Below are positions 25,701 to 40,700 of a stretch of DNA of 64,000 nucleotides, in pieces. The stretch is from Eledone cirrhosa (Eukaryota), in assembly GCA_964016885.1 (NCBI GenBank), contig OZ024744.1, positions 118,358,001-118,422,000 of the forward strand, read 5' to 3'. The stretch's first letter is position 1, and each line of letters opens with the position of its first letter. The translations under genes and the position numbers were made by a program. The notes under the pieces are model-generated. The model was not told where the DNA came from. It saw only the letters and a list, made by a program, of their open reading frames with translations, and did not search any database.

Positions 25701-28700
25701 GAGATATATACAGTGATATAGATAAGGAGATGAGGTACTGAGAGAGGCTGACAGAAGCTCTACTGTCTGGAATGGGAGAGATATATACAGTGATATAGAT
25801 AAGGAGATGGAGTACTGAGAGAGGCTGACAGTAGCTCTACTGTCTGGAATGGGAGAGATATATACAGTGATATAGATAAGGAGATGAGGTACTGAGAGAG
25901 GCTGACAGAAGTGCAACTGTCTGGAATGGGAGAGATATATACAGTGATATAGATAAGGAGATGAGGTACTGAGAGAGGCTGACAGAAGCTCTTCTGTATG
26001 GAATGGGAGAGATATATACAGTGATATAGATAGGGAGATGGGGTACTGAGAGAGGCTGACAGAAGCTCTACTGTCTGGAATGGGAGAGATATATACAGAG
26101 ATATAGATAAGGAGATGGGGTACTGAGAGAGGCTGACAGTAGCTCTACTGTCTGGAATGGGAGAGATATATACAGTGATATAGATAAGGAGATGAGGTAC
26201 TGAGAGAGGCTGACAGAAGCTCTACTGTCTGGAATGGGAGAGATATATACAGTGATATAGATAAGGAGATGAGGTACTGAGAGAGGCTGACAGAAGCTCT
26301 ACTGTCTGGAATGGGAGAGATATATACAGTGATATAGATAAGGAGATGGGGTACTGAGAGAGGCTGACAGAAGCTCTACTGTCTGGAATGGGAGAGATAT
26401 ATACAGTGATATAGATAAGGAGATGGGGTACTGAGAGAGGCTGACAGTAGCTCTACTGTCTGGAATGGGAGAGATATATACAGTGATATAGATAAGGAAA
26501 TGTGGTACTGAGAGAGGTTGACAGAAGCTCTACTGTCTGGAATGGGAGAGATATATACAGTGATATAGATAAGGAGATGAGGTACTGAGAGAGGTTGACA
26601 GAAGCTCTACTGTCTGGAATGGGAGAGATATATACAGTGATATAGATAAGGAGATGAGGTACTGAGAGAGGCTGACAGAAGTTCTACTGTCTGGAATGGG
26701 AGAGATATATACAGTGATATAGATAAGGAGATGAGGTACTGAGAGAGGCTGACAGTAGCTCTACTGTCTGGAATGGGAGAGATATATACAGTGATATAGA
26801 TAAGGAGATGAGGTACTGAGAGAGGCTGACAGTAGCTCTACTGTCTGGAATGGGAGAGATATATACAGTGATATAGATAAGGAGATGAGGTACTGAGAGA
26901 GGCTGACAGAAGTTCTACTGTCTGGAATGGGAGAGATATATACAGTGATATAGATAAGATGAGGTACTGAGAGAAGCTGACAGAAGCTCTACTGTCTGGA
27001 ATGGGAGAGATATATACAGTGATATAGATAAGGAGATGGGGTACTGAGAGAGGCTGACAGTAGCTCTACTGTCTGGAATGGGAGAGATATATACAGTGAT
27101 ATAGATAAGGAGATGAGGTACTGAGAGAGGCTGACAGAAGCTCTTCTGTCTGGAATGGGAGAGATATATACAGTGATATAGATAAGGAGATGGGGTACTG
27201 AGAGAGGCTGACAGAAGCTCTACTGTCTGGAATGGGAGAGATATATACAGTGATATAGATAAGGAGATGGGGTACCGAGAGAGGCTGACAGTAGCTCTAC
27301 TGTCTGGAATGGGAGAGATATATACAGTGATATAGATAAGGAGATGAGGTACTGAGAGAGGCTGACAGAAGCTCTACTGTCTGGAATGGGAGAGATATAT
27401 ACAGTGATATAGATAAGGAGATGGGGTACTGAGTGAGGCTGACAGAAGCTCTACTGTCTGGAATGGGAGAGATATATACAGTGATATAGATAAGGAGATG
27501 AGGTACTGAGAGAGGCTGACAGAAGTTCTACTGTCTGGAATGGGAGAGATATATACAGTGATATAGATAAGATGAGGTACTGAGAGAAGCTGACAGAAGC
27601 TCTACTGTCTGGAATGGGAGAGATATATACAGTGATATAGATAAGGAGATGAGGTACTGAGAGAGGTTGACAGAAGCTCTATTGTCTGGAATGGGAGAGA
27701 TATATACAGTGATATAGATAAGGAGATGAGGTACTGAGAGAGGCTGACAGAAGTTCTACTGTCTGGAATGTGAGAGATATATACAGTGATATAGATAAGG
27801 AGATGAGGTACTGAGAGAGGCTGACAGAAGTTCTACTGTCTGGAATGGGAGAGATATATACAGTGATATAGATAAGGAGATGAGGTACTGAGAGAGGTTG
27901 ACAGTAGTTCTACTGTCTGGAATGGGAGAGATATATACAGTGATATAGATAAGGAGATGAGGTACTGAGAGAGGCTGACAGAAGTTCTACTGTCTGGAAT
28001 GGGAGAGATATATACAGTGATATAGATAAGGAGATGAGGTACTGAGAGAGGCTGACAGAAGCTCTACTGTCTGGAATGGGAGAGATATATACAGTGATAT
28101 AGATAAGGAGATGGGGTACTGAGAGAGGCTGACAGAAGCTCTACTGTCTGGAATGTGAGAGATATATACAGTGATATAGATAAGGAGATGAGGTACTGAG
28201 AGAGGCTGACAGAAGTTCTACTGTCTGGAATCGGAGAGATATATACAGTGATATAGATAAGGAGATGAGGTACTGAGAGAGGCTGACAGAAGCTCTTCTG
28301 TCTGGAATGGGAGAGCTATATACAGTGATATAGATAAGGAGATGAGGTACTGAGAGAGGCTGACAGAAGCTCTACTGTCTGGAATGGGAGAGATATATAC
28401 AGTGATATAGATAAGGAGATGAGGTACTGAGAGAGGCTGACAGAAGCTCTACTGTCTGGAATAGGAGAGATATATACAGTGATATAGATAAGGAGATGAG
28501 GTACTGAGAGAGGCTGACAGAAGCTCAACTGTCTGGAATGGGAGAGCTATATACAGTGATATAGATAAGGAGATGAGGTACTGAGAGAGGCTGACAGAAG
28601 CTCTACTGTCTGGAATGGGAGATATATATACAGTGATATAGATAAGGAGATGAGGTACTGAGAGAGGTTGACAGAAGTTCTACTCTCTGGAATGGGAGAG

Positions 28701-31700
28701 ATATATACAGTGATATAGATAAGGAGATGAGGTACTGAGAGAGGCTGACAGAAGCTCTACTGTCTGGAATGGGAGAGATATATACAGTGATATAGATAAG
28801 GAGATGAGGTACTGAGAGAGGTTGACAGAAGTTCTACTGTCTGGAATGGGAGAGATATATACAGTGATATAGATAAGGAGATGAGGTACTGAGAGAGGCT
28901 GACAGAAGCCCTACTGTCTGGAATGGGAGAGATATATACAGTGATATAGATAAGGAGATGAGGTACTGAGAGAGGCTGACAGAAGCTCTACTGTCTGGAA
29001 TAGGAGAGATATATACAGTGATATAGATAAGGAGATGGGGTACTGAGAGAGGCTGACAGAAGTAAAACTGTCTGGAATGGGAGATATATACAGTGATATA
29101 GATAAGGAGATGGGGTACTGAGAGAGGCTGACAGAAGTAAAACTGTCTGGAATGGGAAATATATACAGTGATATAGATAAGGAGATGGGGTACTGAGAGA
29201 GGCTGACAGAAGCTCTACTGTCTGGAATGGGAGAGATATATACAGTGATATAGGTAAAGAGATGGGGTACTGGGAGAGGCTGACAGAAGTTCTACTGTCT
29301 GGAATGGGAGAGATATATACAGTGATATAGATAAGGAGATGAGGTACTGAGAGAGGTTGACAGAAGCTCTACTGTCTGGAATGGGAGAGATATATACAGT
29401 GATATAGATAAGGAGATGAGGTACTGAGAGAGGCTGACAGCAGCTCTACTGTCTGGAATGGGAGAGATATATACAGTGATATAGATAAGGAGATGAGGTA
29501 CTGAGAGAGGCTGACAGAAGCTCTACTGTCTGGAATGGGAGAGATATATACAGTGATATAGATAAGGAGATGAGGTACTGAGAGAGGCTGACAGAAGCTC
29601 TTCTGTCTGGAATGGGAGAGCTATATACAGTGATATAGATAAGGAGATGAGGTACTGAGAGAGGCTGACAGAAGCTCTACTGTCTGGAATGGGAGAAATA
29701 TATACAGTGATATAGATAAGGAGATGAGGTACTGAGAGAGGCTGACAGAAGCTCAACTGTCTGGAATGGGAGAGCTATATACAGTGATATAGATAAGGAG
29801 ATGAGGTACTGAGAGAGGCTGACAGAAGCTCTACTGTCTGGAATGGGAGAGATATATACAGTGATATAGATAAGGAGATGAGGTACTGAGAGAGGTTGAC
29901 AGAAGTTCTACTGTCTGGAATGGGAGAGATATATACAGTGATATAGATAAGGAGATGAGGTACTGAGAGAGGCTGACAGAAGTTCTACTGTCTGGAATGG
30001 GAGAGATATATACAGTGATATAGATAAGGAGATGAGGTACTGAGAGAGGCTGACAGAAGTTCTACTGTCTGGAATGGGAGAGATATATACAGTGATATAG
30101 ATAAGGAGATGGGGTACTGAGAGAGGCTGACAGAAGCTCTACTGTCTGGAATGTGAGAGATATATACAGTGATATAGATAAGGAGATGAGGTACTGAGAG
30201 AGGCTGACAGAAGTTCTACTGTCTGGAATCGGAGAGATATATACAGTGATATAGATAAGGAGATGAGGTACTGAGAGAGGCTGACAGAAGCTCTTCTGTC
30301 TGGAATGGGAGAGATATATACAGTGATATAGATAAGGAGATGAGGTACTGAGAGAGGCTGACAGAAGCTCTACTGTCTGGAATGGGAGAGATATATACAG
30401 TGATATAGATAAGGAGATGAGGTACTGAGAGAGGCTGACAGAAGCTCTACTGTCTGGAATAGGAGAGATATATACAGTGATATAGATAAGGAGATGAGGT
30501 ACTGAGAGAGGCTGACAGAAGTTCTACTGTCTGGAATGGGAGAGATATATACAGTGATATAGATAAGGAGATGAGGTACTGAGAGAGGTTGACAGTAGTT
30601 CTACTGTCTGGAATGGGAGAGATATATACAGTGATATAGATAAGGAGATGAGGTACTGAGAGAGGCTGACAGAAGTTCTACTGTCTGGAATGGGAGAGAT
30701 ATATACAGTGATATAGATAAGGAGATGAGGTACTGAGAGAGGCTGACAGAAGCTCTTCTGTCTGGAATGGGAGAGCTATATACAGTGATATAGATAAGGA
30801 GATGAGGTACTGAGAGAGGCTGACAGAAGCTCTACTGTCTGGAATGGGAGAGATATATACAGTGATATAGATAAGGAGATGAGGTACTGAGAGAGGCTGA
30901 CAGAAGCTCTGCTGTCTGGAATAGGAGAGATATATACAGTGATATAGATAAGGAGATGAGGTACTGAGAGAGGCTGACAGAAGTTCTACTGTCTGGAATG
31001 GGAGAGATATATACAGTGATATAGATAAGGAGATGAGGTACTGAGAGAGGTTGACAGTAGTTCTACTGTCTGGAATGGGAGAGATATATACAGTGATATA
31101 GATAAGGAGATGAGGTACTGAGAGAGGCTGACAGAAGTTCTACTGTCTGGAATGGGAGAGATATATACAGTGATATAGATAAGGAGATGAGGTACTGAGA
31201 GAGGCTGACAGAAGCTCTACTGTCTGGAATGGGAGAGATATATACAGTGATATAGATAAGGAGATGGGGTACTGAGAGAGGCTGACAGAAGCTCTACTGT
31301 CTGGAATGTGAGAGATATATACAGTGATATAGATAAGGAGATGAGGTACTGAGAGAGGCTGACAGAAGTTCTACTGTCTGGAATCGGAGAGATATATACA
31401 GTGATATAGATAAGGAGATGAGGTACTGAGAGAGGCTGACAGAAGCTCTTCTGTCTGGAATGGGAGAGCTATATACAGTGATATAGATAAGGAGATGAGG
31501 TACTGAGAGAGGCTGACAGAAGCTCTACTGTCTGGAATGGGAGAGATATATACAGTGATATAGATAAGGAGATGAGGTACTGAGAGAGGCTGACAGAAGC
31601 TCTACTGTCTGGAATAGGAGAGATATATACAGTGATATAGATAAGGAGATGAGGTACTGAGAGAGGCTGACAGAAGCTCAACTGTCTGGAATGGGAGAGC

Positions 31701-34700
31701 TATATACAGTGATATAGATAAGGAGATGAGGTACTGAGAGAGGCTGACAGAAGCTCTACTGTCTGGAATGGGAGATATATATACAGTGATATAGATAAGG
31801 AGATGAGGTACTGAGAGAGGTTGACAGAAATTCTACTCTCTGGAATGGGAGAGATATATACAGTGATATAGATAAGGAGATGAGGTACTGAGAGAGGCTG
31901 ACAGAAGCTCTACTGTCTGGAATGGGAGAGATATATACAGTGATATAGATAAGGAGATGAGGTACTGAGAGAGGTTGACAGAAGTTCTACTGTCTGGAAT
32001 GGGAGAGATATATACAGTGATATAGATAAGGAGATGAGGTACTGAGAGAGGCTGACAGAAGCCCTACTGTCTGGAATGGGAGAGATATATACAGTGATAT
32101 AGATAAGGAGATGAGGTACTGAGAGAGGCTGACAGAAGCTCTACTGTCTGGAATAGGAGAGATATATACAGTGATATAGATAAGGAGATGGGGTACTGAG
32201 AGAGGCTGACAGAAGTAAAACTGTCTGGAATGGGAGATATATACAGTGATATAGATAAGGAGATGGGGTACTGAGAGAGGCTGACAGAAGTAAAACTGTC
32301 TGGAATGGGAAATATATACAGTGATATAGATAAGGAGATGGGGTACTGAGAGAGGCTGACAGAAGCTCTACTGTCTGGAATGGGAGAGATATATACAGTG
32401 ATATAGGTAAAGAGATGGGGTACTGGGAGAGGCTGACAGAAGTTCTACTGTCTGGAATGGGAGAGATATATACAGTGATATAGATAAGGAGATGAGGTAC
32501 TGAGAGAGGTTGACAGAAGCTCTACTGTCTGGAATGGGAGAGATATATACAGTGATATAGATAAGGAGATGAGGTACTGAGAGAGGCTGACAGCAGCTCT
32601 ACTGTCTGGAATGGGAGAGATATATACAGTGATATAGATAAGGAGATGAGGTACTGAGAGAGGCTGACAGAAGCTCTACTGTCTGGAATGGGAGAGATAT
32701 ATACAGTGATATAGATAAGGAGATGAGGTACTGAGAGAGGCTGACAGAAGCTCTTCTGTCTGGAATGGGAGAGCTATATACAGTGATATAGATAAGGAGA
32801 TGAGGTACTGAGAGAGGCTGACAGAAGCTCTACTGTCTGGAATGGGAGAAATATATACAGTGATATAGATAAGGAGATGAGGTACTGAGAGAGGCTGACA
32901 GAAGCTCAACTGTCTGGAATGGGAGAGCTATATACAGTGATATAGATAAGGAGATGAGGTACTGAGAGAGGCTGACAGAAGCTCTACTGTCTGGAATGGG
33001 AGAGATATATACAGTGATATAGATAAGGAGATGAGGTACTGAGAGAGGTTGACAGAAGTTCTACTGTCTGGAATGGGAGAGATATATACAGTGATATAGA
33101 TAAGGAGATGAGGTACTGAGAGAGGCTGACAGAAGTTCTACTGTCTGGAATGGGAGAGATATATACAGTGATATAGATAAGGAGATGAGGTACTGAGAGA
33201 GGCTGACAGAAGTTCTACTGTCTGGAATGGGAGAGATATATACAGTGATATAGATAAGAAGATGAGGTACTGAGAGAGGTTGACAGTAGTTCTACTGTCT
33301 GGAATGGGAGAGATATATACAGTGATATAGATAAGGAGATGAGGTACTGAGAGAGGCTGACAGAAGTTCTACTGTCTGGAATGGGAGAGATATATACAGT
33401 GATATAGATAAGGAGATGAGGTACTGAGAGAGGCTGACAGAAGCTCTACTGTCTGGAATGGGAGAGATATATACAGTGATATAGATAAGGAGATGGGGTA
33501 CTGAGAGAGGCTGACAGAAGCTCTACTGTCTGGAATGTGAGAGATATATACAGTGATATAGATAAGGAGATGAGGTACTGAGAGAGGCTGACAGAAGTTC
33601 TACTGTCTGGAATCGGAGAGATATATACAGTGATATAGATAAGGAGATGAGGTACTGAGAGAGGCTGACAGAAGCTCTTCTGTCTGGAATGGGAGAGCTA
33701 TATACAGTGATATAGATAAGGAGATGAGGTACTGAGAGAGGCTGACAGAAGCTCTACTGTCTGGAATGGGAGAGATATATACAGTGATATAGATAAGGAG
33801 ATGAGGTACTGAGAGAGGCTGACAGAAGCTCTACTGTCTGGAATAGGAGAGATATATACAGTGATATAGATAAGGAGATGAGGTACTGAGAGAGGCTGAC
33901 AGAAGCTCAACTGTCTGGAATGGGAGAGCTATATACAGTGATATAGATAAGGAGATGAGGTACTGAGAGAGGCTGACAGAAGCTCTACTGTCTGGAATGG
34001 GAGAGATATATACAGTGATATAGATAAGGAGATGAGGTACTGAGAGAGGTTGACAGAAGTTCTACTGTCTGGAATGGGAGAGATATATACAGTGATATAG
34101 ATAAGGAGATGAGGTACTGAGAGAGGCTGACAGAAGCTCTACTGTCTGGAATGGGAGAGATATATACAGTGATATAGATAAGGAGATGAGGTACTGAGAG
34201 AGGTTGACAGAAGTTCTACTGTCTGGAATGGGAGAGATATATACAGTGATATAGATAAGGAGATGAGGTACTGAGAGAGGCTGACAGAAGCCCTACTGTC
34301 TGGAATGGGAGAGATATATACAGTGATATAGATAAGGAGATGAGGTACTGAGAGAGGCTGACAGAAGCTCTACTGTCTGGAATGGGAGAGATATATACAG
34401 TGATATAGATAAGGAGATGGGGTACTGAGAGAGGCTGACAGAAGTAAAACTGTCTGGAATGGGAGATATATACAGTGATATAGATAAGGAGATGGGGTAC
34501 TGAGAGAGGCTGAGAGAAGTAAAACTGTCTGGAATGGGAGATATATACAGTGATATAGATAAGGAGATGGGGTACTGAGAGAGGCTGACAGAAGCTCTAC
34601 TGTCTGGAATGGGAGAGATATATACAGTGATATAGGTAAAGAGATGGGGTACTGGGAGAGGCTGACAGAACTTCTACTGTCTGGAATGGGAGAGATATAT

Positions 34701-37700
34701 ACAGTGATATAGATAAGGAGATGAGGTGCTGAGAGAGGTTGACAGAAGCTCTACTGTCTGGAATGGGAGAGATATATACAGTGATATAGATAAGGAGATG
34801 AGGTACTGAGAGAGGCTGACAGCAGCTCTACTGTCTGGAATGGGAGAGATATATACAGTGATATAGATAAGGAGATGAGGTACTGAGAGATGCTGACAGA
34901 AGCTCTACTGTCTGGAATGGGAGAGATATATACAGTGATATAGATAAGGAGATGAGGTACTGAGAGAGGCTGACAGAAGCTCTACTGTCTGGAATGGGAG
35001 AGCTATATACAGTGATATAGATAAGGAGATGGGGTATTGAGAGAGGCTGACAGAAGCTCTACTGTCTGGAATGGGAGAGATATATACAGTGATATAGATA
35101 AGATGAGGTACTGAGAGAGGCTGACAGAAGTTCTACTGTCTGGAATGGGAGAGATATATACAGTGATATAGATAAGGAGATGAGGTACTGAGAGAGGCTG
35201 ACAGAAGCTCTACTGTCTGGAATGGGAGAGATATATACAGTGATATAGATAAGGAGATGAGGTACTGAGAGAGGCTGACAGAAGCTCTACTGTCTGGAAT
35301 GGGAGAGATATATACAGTGATATAGATAAGGAGATGAGGTACTGAGAGAGGCTGACAGAAGTTCTACTGTCTGGAATCGGAGAGATATATACAGTGATAT
35401 AGATAAGGAGATGAGGTACTGAGAGAGGCTGACAGAAGCTCTTCTGTCTGGAATGGGAGAGCTATATACAGTGATATAGATAAGGAGATGAGGTACTGAG
35501 AGAGGCTGACAGAAGCTCTACTGTCTGGAATGGGAGAAATATATACAGTGATATAGATAAGGAGATGAGGTACTGAGAGAGGCTGACAGAAGCTCAACTG
35601 TCTGGAATGGGAAAGCTATATACAGTGATATAGATAAGGAGATGAGGTACTGAGAGAGGCTGACAGAAGCTCTACTGTCTGGAATGGGAGAGATATATAC
35701 AGTGATATAGATAAGGAGATGAGGTACTGAGAGAGGTTGACAGAAGTTCTACTGTCTGGAATGGGAGAGATATATACAGTGATATAGATAAGGAGATGAG
35801 GTACTGAGAGAGGCTGACAGAAGCTCTACTGTCTGGAATGGGAGAAATATATACAGTGATATAGATAAGGAGATGAGGTACTGAGAGAGGCTGACAGAAG
35901 CTCAACTGTCTGGAATGGGAGAGCTATATACAGTGATATAGATAAGGAGATGAGGTACTGAGAGAGGCTGACAGAAGCTCAACTGTCTGGAATGGGAGAG
36001 ATATATACAGTGATATAGATAAGGAGATGAGGTACTGAGAGAGGTTGACAGAAGTTCTACTGTCTGGAATGGGAGAGATATATACAGTGATATAGATAAG
36101 GAGATGAGGTACTGAGAGAGGCTGACAGAAGCTCTACTGTCTGGAATGGGAGAGATATATACAGTGATATAGATAAGGGGATGGGGTACTGAGAGAGGTT
36201 GACAGAAGTTCTACTGTCTGGAATGGGAGAGATATATACAGTGATATAGATAAGGAGATGAGGTACTGAGAGAGGCTGACAGAAGCCCTACTGTCTGGAA
36301 TGGGAGAGATATATACAGTGATATAGATAAGGAGATGAGGTACTGAGAGAGGCTGACAGAAGCCCTACTGTCTGGAATGGGAGAGATATATACAGTGATA
36401 TAGATAAGGAGATGAGGTACTGAGAGAGGCTGACAGAAGCCCTACTGTCTGGAATGGGAGAGATATATACAGTGATATAGATAAGGAGATGAGGTACTGA
36501 GAGAGGCTGACAGAAGCTCTACTGTCTGGAATGGGAGAGATATATACAGTGATATAGATAAGGAGATGAGGTACTGAGAGAGGCTGACAGAAGCTCTACT
36601 GTCTGGAATGGGAGAGATATATACAGTGATATAGATAAGGAGATGAGGTACTGAGAGAGGCTGACAGAAGCTCTCCTGTCTGGAATGGGAGAGATATATA
36701 CAGTGATATAGATAAGGAGATGAGGTACTGAGAGAAGCTGACAGAAGCTCTACTGTCTGGAATGGGAGAGATATATACAGTGATATAGATAAGGAGATGA
36801 GGTACTGAGAGAGGCTGACAGAAGCTCTACTGTCTGGAATGGGAGAGATATATACAGTGATATAGATAAGGAGATGAGGTACTGAGAGAGGCTGACAGAA
36901 GCCCTACTGTCTGGAATGGGAGAGATATATACAGTGATATAGATAAGGAGATGGGGTACTGAGAGAGGTTGACAGTAGCTCTACTGTCTGGAATGGGAGA
37001 GATATATACAGTGATATAGATAAGGAGATGAGGTACTGAGAGAGGTTGACAGAAGTTCTACTGTCTGGAATGGGAGAGATATATACAGTGATATAGATAA
37101 GGAGATGGGGTAGTGAGAGAGGCTGACAGAAGCCCTACTGTCTGGAATGGGAGAGATATATACAGTGATATAGATAAGGAGATGAGGTACTGAGAGAGGT
37201 TGACAGAAGCTCTACTGTCTGGAATGGGAGAGATATATACAGTGATATAGATAAGGAGATGAGGTACTGAGAGAGGCTGACAGAAGCTCTACTGTCTGGA
37301 ATGGGAGAGATATATACAGTGATATAGATAAGGAGATGAGGTACTGAGAGAGGCTGACAGAAGCTCTACTGTCTGGAATGGGAGAGATATATACAGTGAT
37401 ATAGATAAGGAGATGAGGTACTGAGAGAGGTTGACAGAAGCTCTTCTGTCTGGAATGGGAGAGATATATACAGTGATATAGATAAGGAGATGGGGTACTG
37501 AGAGAGGCTGACAGAAGCTCTACTGTCTGGAATGGGAGAGATATATAGTGATATAGATAAGGAGATGAGGTACTGAGAGAGGCTGACAGAAGCTCTACTG
37601 TCTGGAATGGGATAGATATATACAGTGATATAGATAAGGAGATGAGGTACTGAGAGAGGCTGACAGAAGTTCTACTGTCTGGAATGGGAGAGATATATAC

Positions 37701-40700
37701 AGTGATATAGATAAGGAGATGAGGTACTGAGAGAGGCTGACAGAAGTTCTACTGTCTGGAATGGGAGAGATATATACAGTGATATAGATAAGGAGATGAG
37801 GTACTGAGAGAGGCTGACAGAAGCTCTTCTGTCTGGAATGGGAGAGCTATATACAGTGATATAGATAAGGAGATGAGGTACTGAGAGAGGCTGACAGAAG
37901 CTCTACTGTCTGGAATGGGAGAGATATATACAGTGATATAGATAAGGAGATGAGGTACTGAGAGAGGCTGACAGAAGCTCTACTGTCTGGAATGGGAGAG
38001 ATATATACAGTGATATAGATAAGGAGATGAGGTACTGAGAGAGGCTGACAGAAGCCCTACTGTCTGGAATGGGAGAGATATATACAGTGATATAGATAAG
38101 GAGATGAGGTACTGAGCGAGGTTGACAGAAGCCCTACTGTCTGGAATGGGAGAGATATATACAGTGATATAGATAAGATGAGGTACTGAGAGAGGCTGAC
38201 AGAAGTGCTACTGTCTGGAATGGGAGAGATATATACAGTGATATAGATAAGGAGATGAGGTACTGAGAGAGGCTGACAGAAGCTCTACTGTCTGGAATGG
38301 GAGAGATATATACAGTGATAGAGATAAGGAGATGAGGTACTGAGAGAGGCTGACAGAAGTTCTACTGTCTGGAATGGGAGAGATATATACAGTGATATAG
38401 ATAAGTAGATGAGGTACTGAGAGAGGCTGACAGAAGTGCTACTGTCTGGAATGGGAGAGATATATACAGTGATATAGATAAGGAGATGAGGTACTGAGAG
38501 AGGTTGACAGAAGCTCTACTGTCTGGAATGGGAGAGATATATACAGTGATATAGATAAGGAGATGAGGTACTTAGAGAAGCTGACAGAAGCTCTACTGTC
38601 TGGAATTGGAGAGAAATATAAAGTGATGTAGATAAGGAGATGAGGTACTGAGAGAGGCTGACAGAAGCTCTACTGTCTGGAATGGGAGAGAGATATACAG
38701 TGATATAGATAAGATGAGGTACTGAGAGAAGTTGACAGAAGCTCTACTGTCTGGAATGGGAGAGATATATACAGTGATATAGATAAGGAGATGAGGTACT
38801 GAGAGAGGCTGACAGAAGCTCTACTGTCTGGAATGGGAGAGATATATACAGTGATATAGATAAGGAGATGAGGTACTGAGAGAGGCTGACAGAAGCTCTA
38901 CTGTCTGGAATGGGAGAGAGATATACAGTGATATAGATAAGATGAGGTACTGAGAGAAGTTGACAGAAGTTCTACTGTCTGGAATGGAAGAGATATATAC
39001 AGTGATATAGATAAAGAGATGAGCTACTGAGAGAAGCTGACAGAAGCTCTACTGTCTGGAATGGGAGAGATATATACAGTGATATAGATAAGGAGATGAG
39101 GTACTGAGAGAGGCTGACAGAAGCTCTACTGTCTGGAATGGGAGAGATATATACAGTGATATAGATAAGGAGATGGGGTACTGAGAGAGGCTGACAGAAG
39201 CTCTACTGTCTGGAATGGGAGAGATATATACAGTGATATAGATAAGGAGATGGGGTACCGAGAGAGGCTGACAGTAGCTCTACTGTCTGGAATGGGAGAG
39301 ATATATACAGTGATATAGATAAGGAGATGAGGTACTGAGAGAGGCTGACAGAAGCTCTACTGTCTGGAATGGGAGAGATATATACAGTGATATAGATAAG
39401 GAGATGGGGTACTGAGTGAGGCTGACAGAAGCTCTACTGTCTGGAATGGGAGAGATATATACAGTGATATAGATAAGGAGATGAGGTACTGAGAGAGGCT
39501 GACAGAAGTTCTACTGTCTGGAATGGGAGAGATATATACAGTGATATAGATAAGATGAGGTACTGAGAGAAGCTGACAGAAGCTCTACTGTCTGGAATGG
39601 GAGAGATATATACAGTGATATAGATAAGGAGATGAGGTACTGAGAGAGGTTGACAGAAGCTCTATTGTCTGGAATGGGAGAGATATATACAGTGATATAG
39701 ATAAGGAGATGAGGTACTGAGAGAGGCTGACAGAAGTTCTACTGTCTGGAATGTGAGAGATATATACAGTGATATAGATAAGGAGATGAGGTACTGAGAG
39801 AGGCTGACAGAAGTTCTACTGTCTGGAATGGGAGAGATATATACAGTGATATAGATAAGGAGATGAGGTACTGAGAGAGGTTGACAGTAGTTCTACTGTC
39901 TGGAATGGGAGAGATATATACAGTGATATAGATAAGGAGATGAGGTACTGAGAGAGGCTGACAGAAGTTCTACTGTCTGGAATGGGAGAGATATATACAG
40001 TGATATAGATAAGGAGATGAGGTACTGAGAGAGGCTGACAGAAGCTCTACTGTCTGGAATGGGAGAGATATATACAGTGATATAGATAAGGAGATGGGGT
40101 ACTGAGAGAGGCTGACAGAAGCTCTACTGTCTGGAATGTGAGAGATATATACAGTGATATAGATAAGGAGATGAGGTACTGAGAGAGGCTGACAGAAGTT
40201 CTACTGTCTGGAATCGGAGAGATATATACAGTGATATAGATAAGGAGATGAGGTACTGAGAGAGGCTGACAGAAGCTCTTCTGTCTGGAATGGGAGAGCT
40301 ATATACAGTGATATAGATAAGGAGATGAGGTACTGAGAGAGGCTGACAGAAGCTCTACTGTCTGGAATGGGAGAGATATATACAGTGATATAGATAAGGA
40401 GATGAGGTACTGAGAGAGGCTGACAGAAGCTCTACTGTCTGGAATAGGAGAGATATATACAGTGATATAGATAAGGAGATGAGGTACTGAGAGAGGCTGA
40501 CAGAAGCTCAACTGTCTGGAATGGGAGAGCTATATACAGTGATATAGATAAGGAGATGAGGTACTGAGAGAGGCTGACAGAAGCTCTACTGTCTGGAATG
40601 GGAGATATATATACAGTGATATAGATAAGGAGATGAGGTACTGAGAGAGGTTGACAGAAGTTCTACTCTCTGGAATGGGAGAGATATATACAGTGATATA

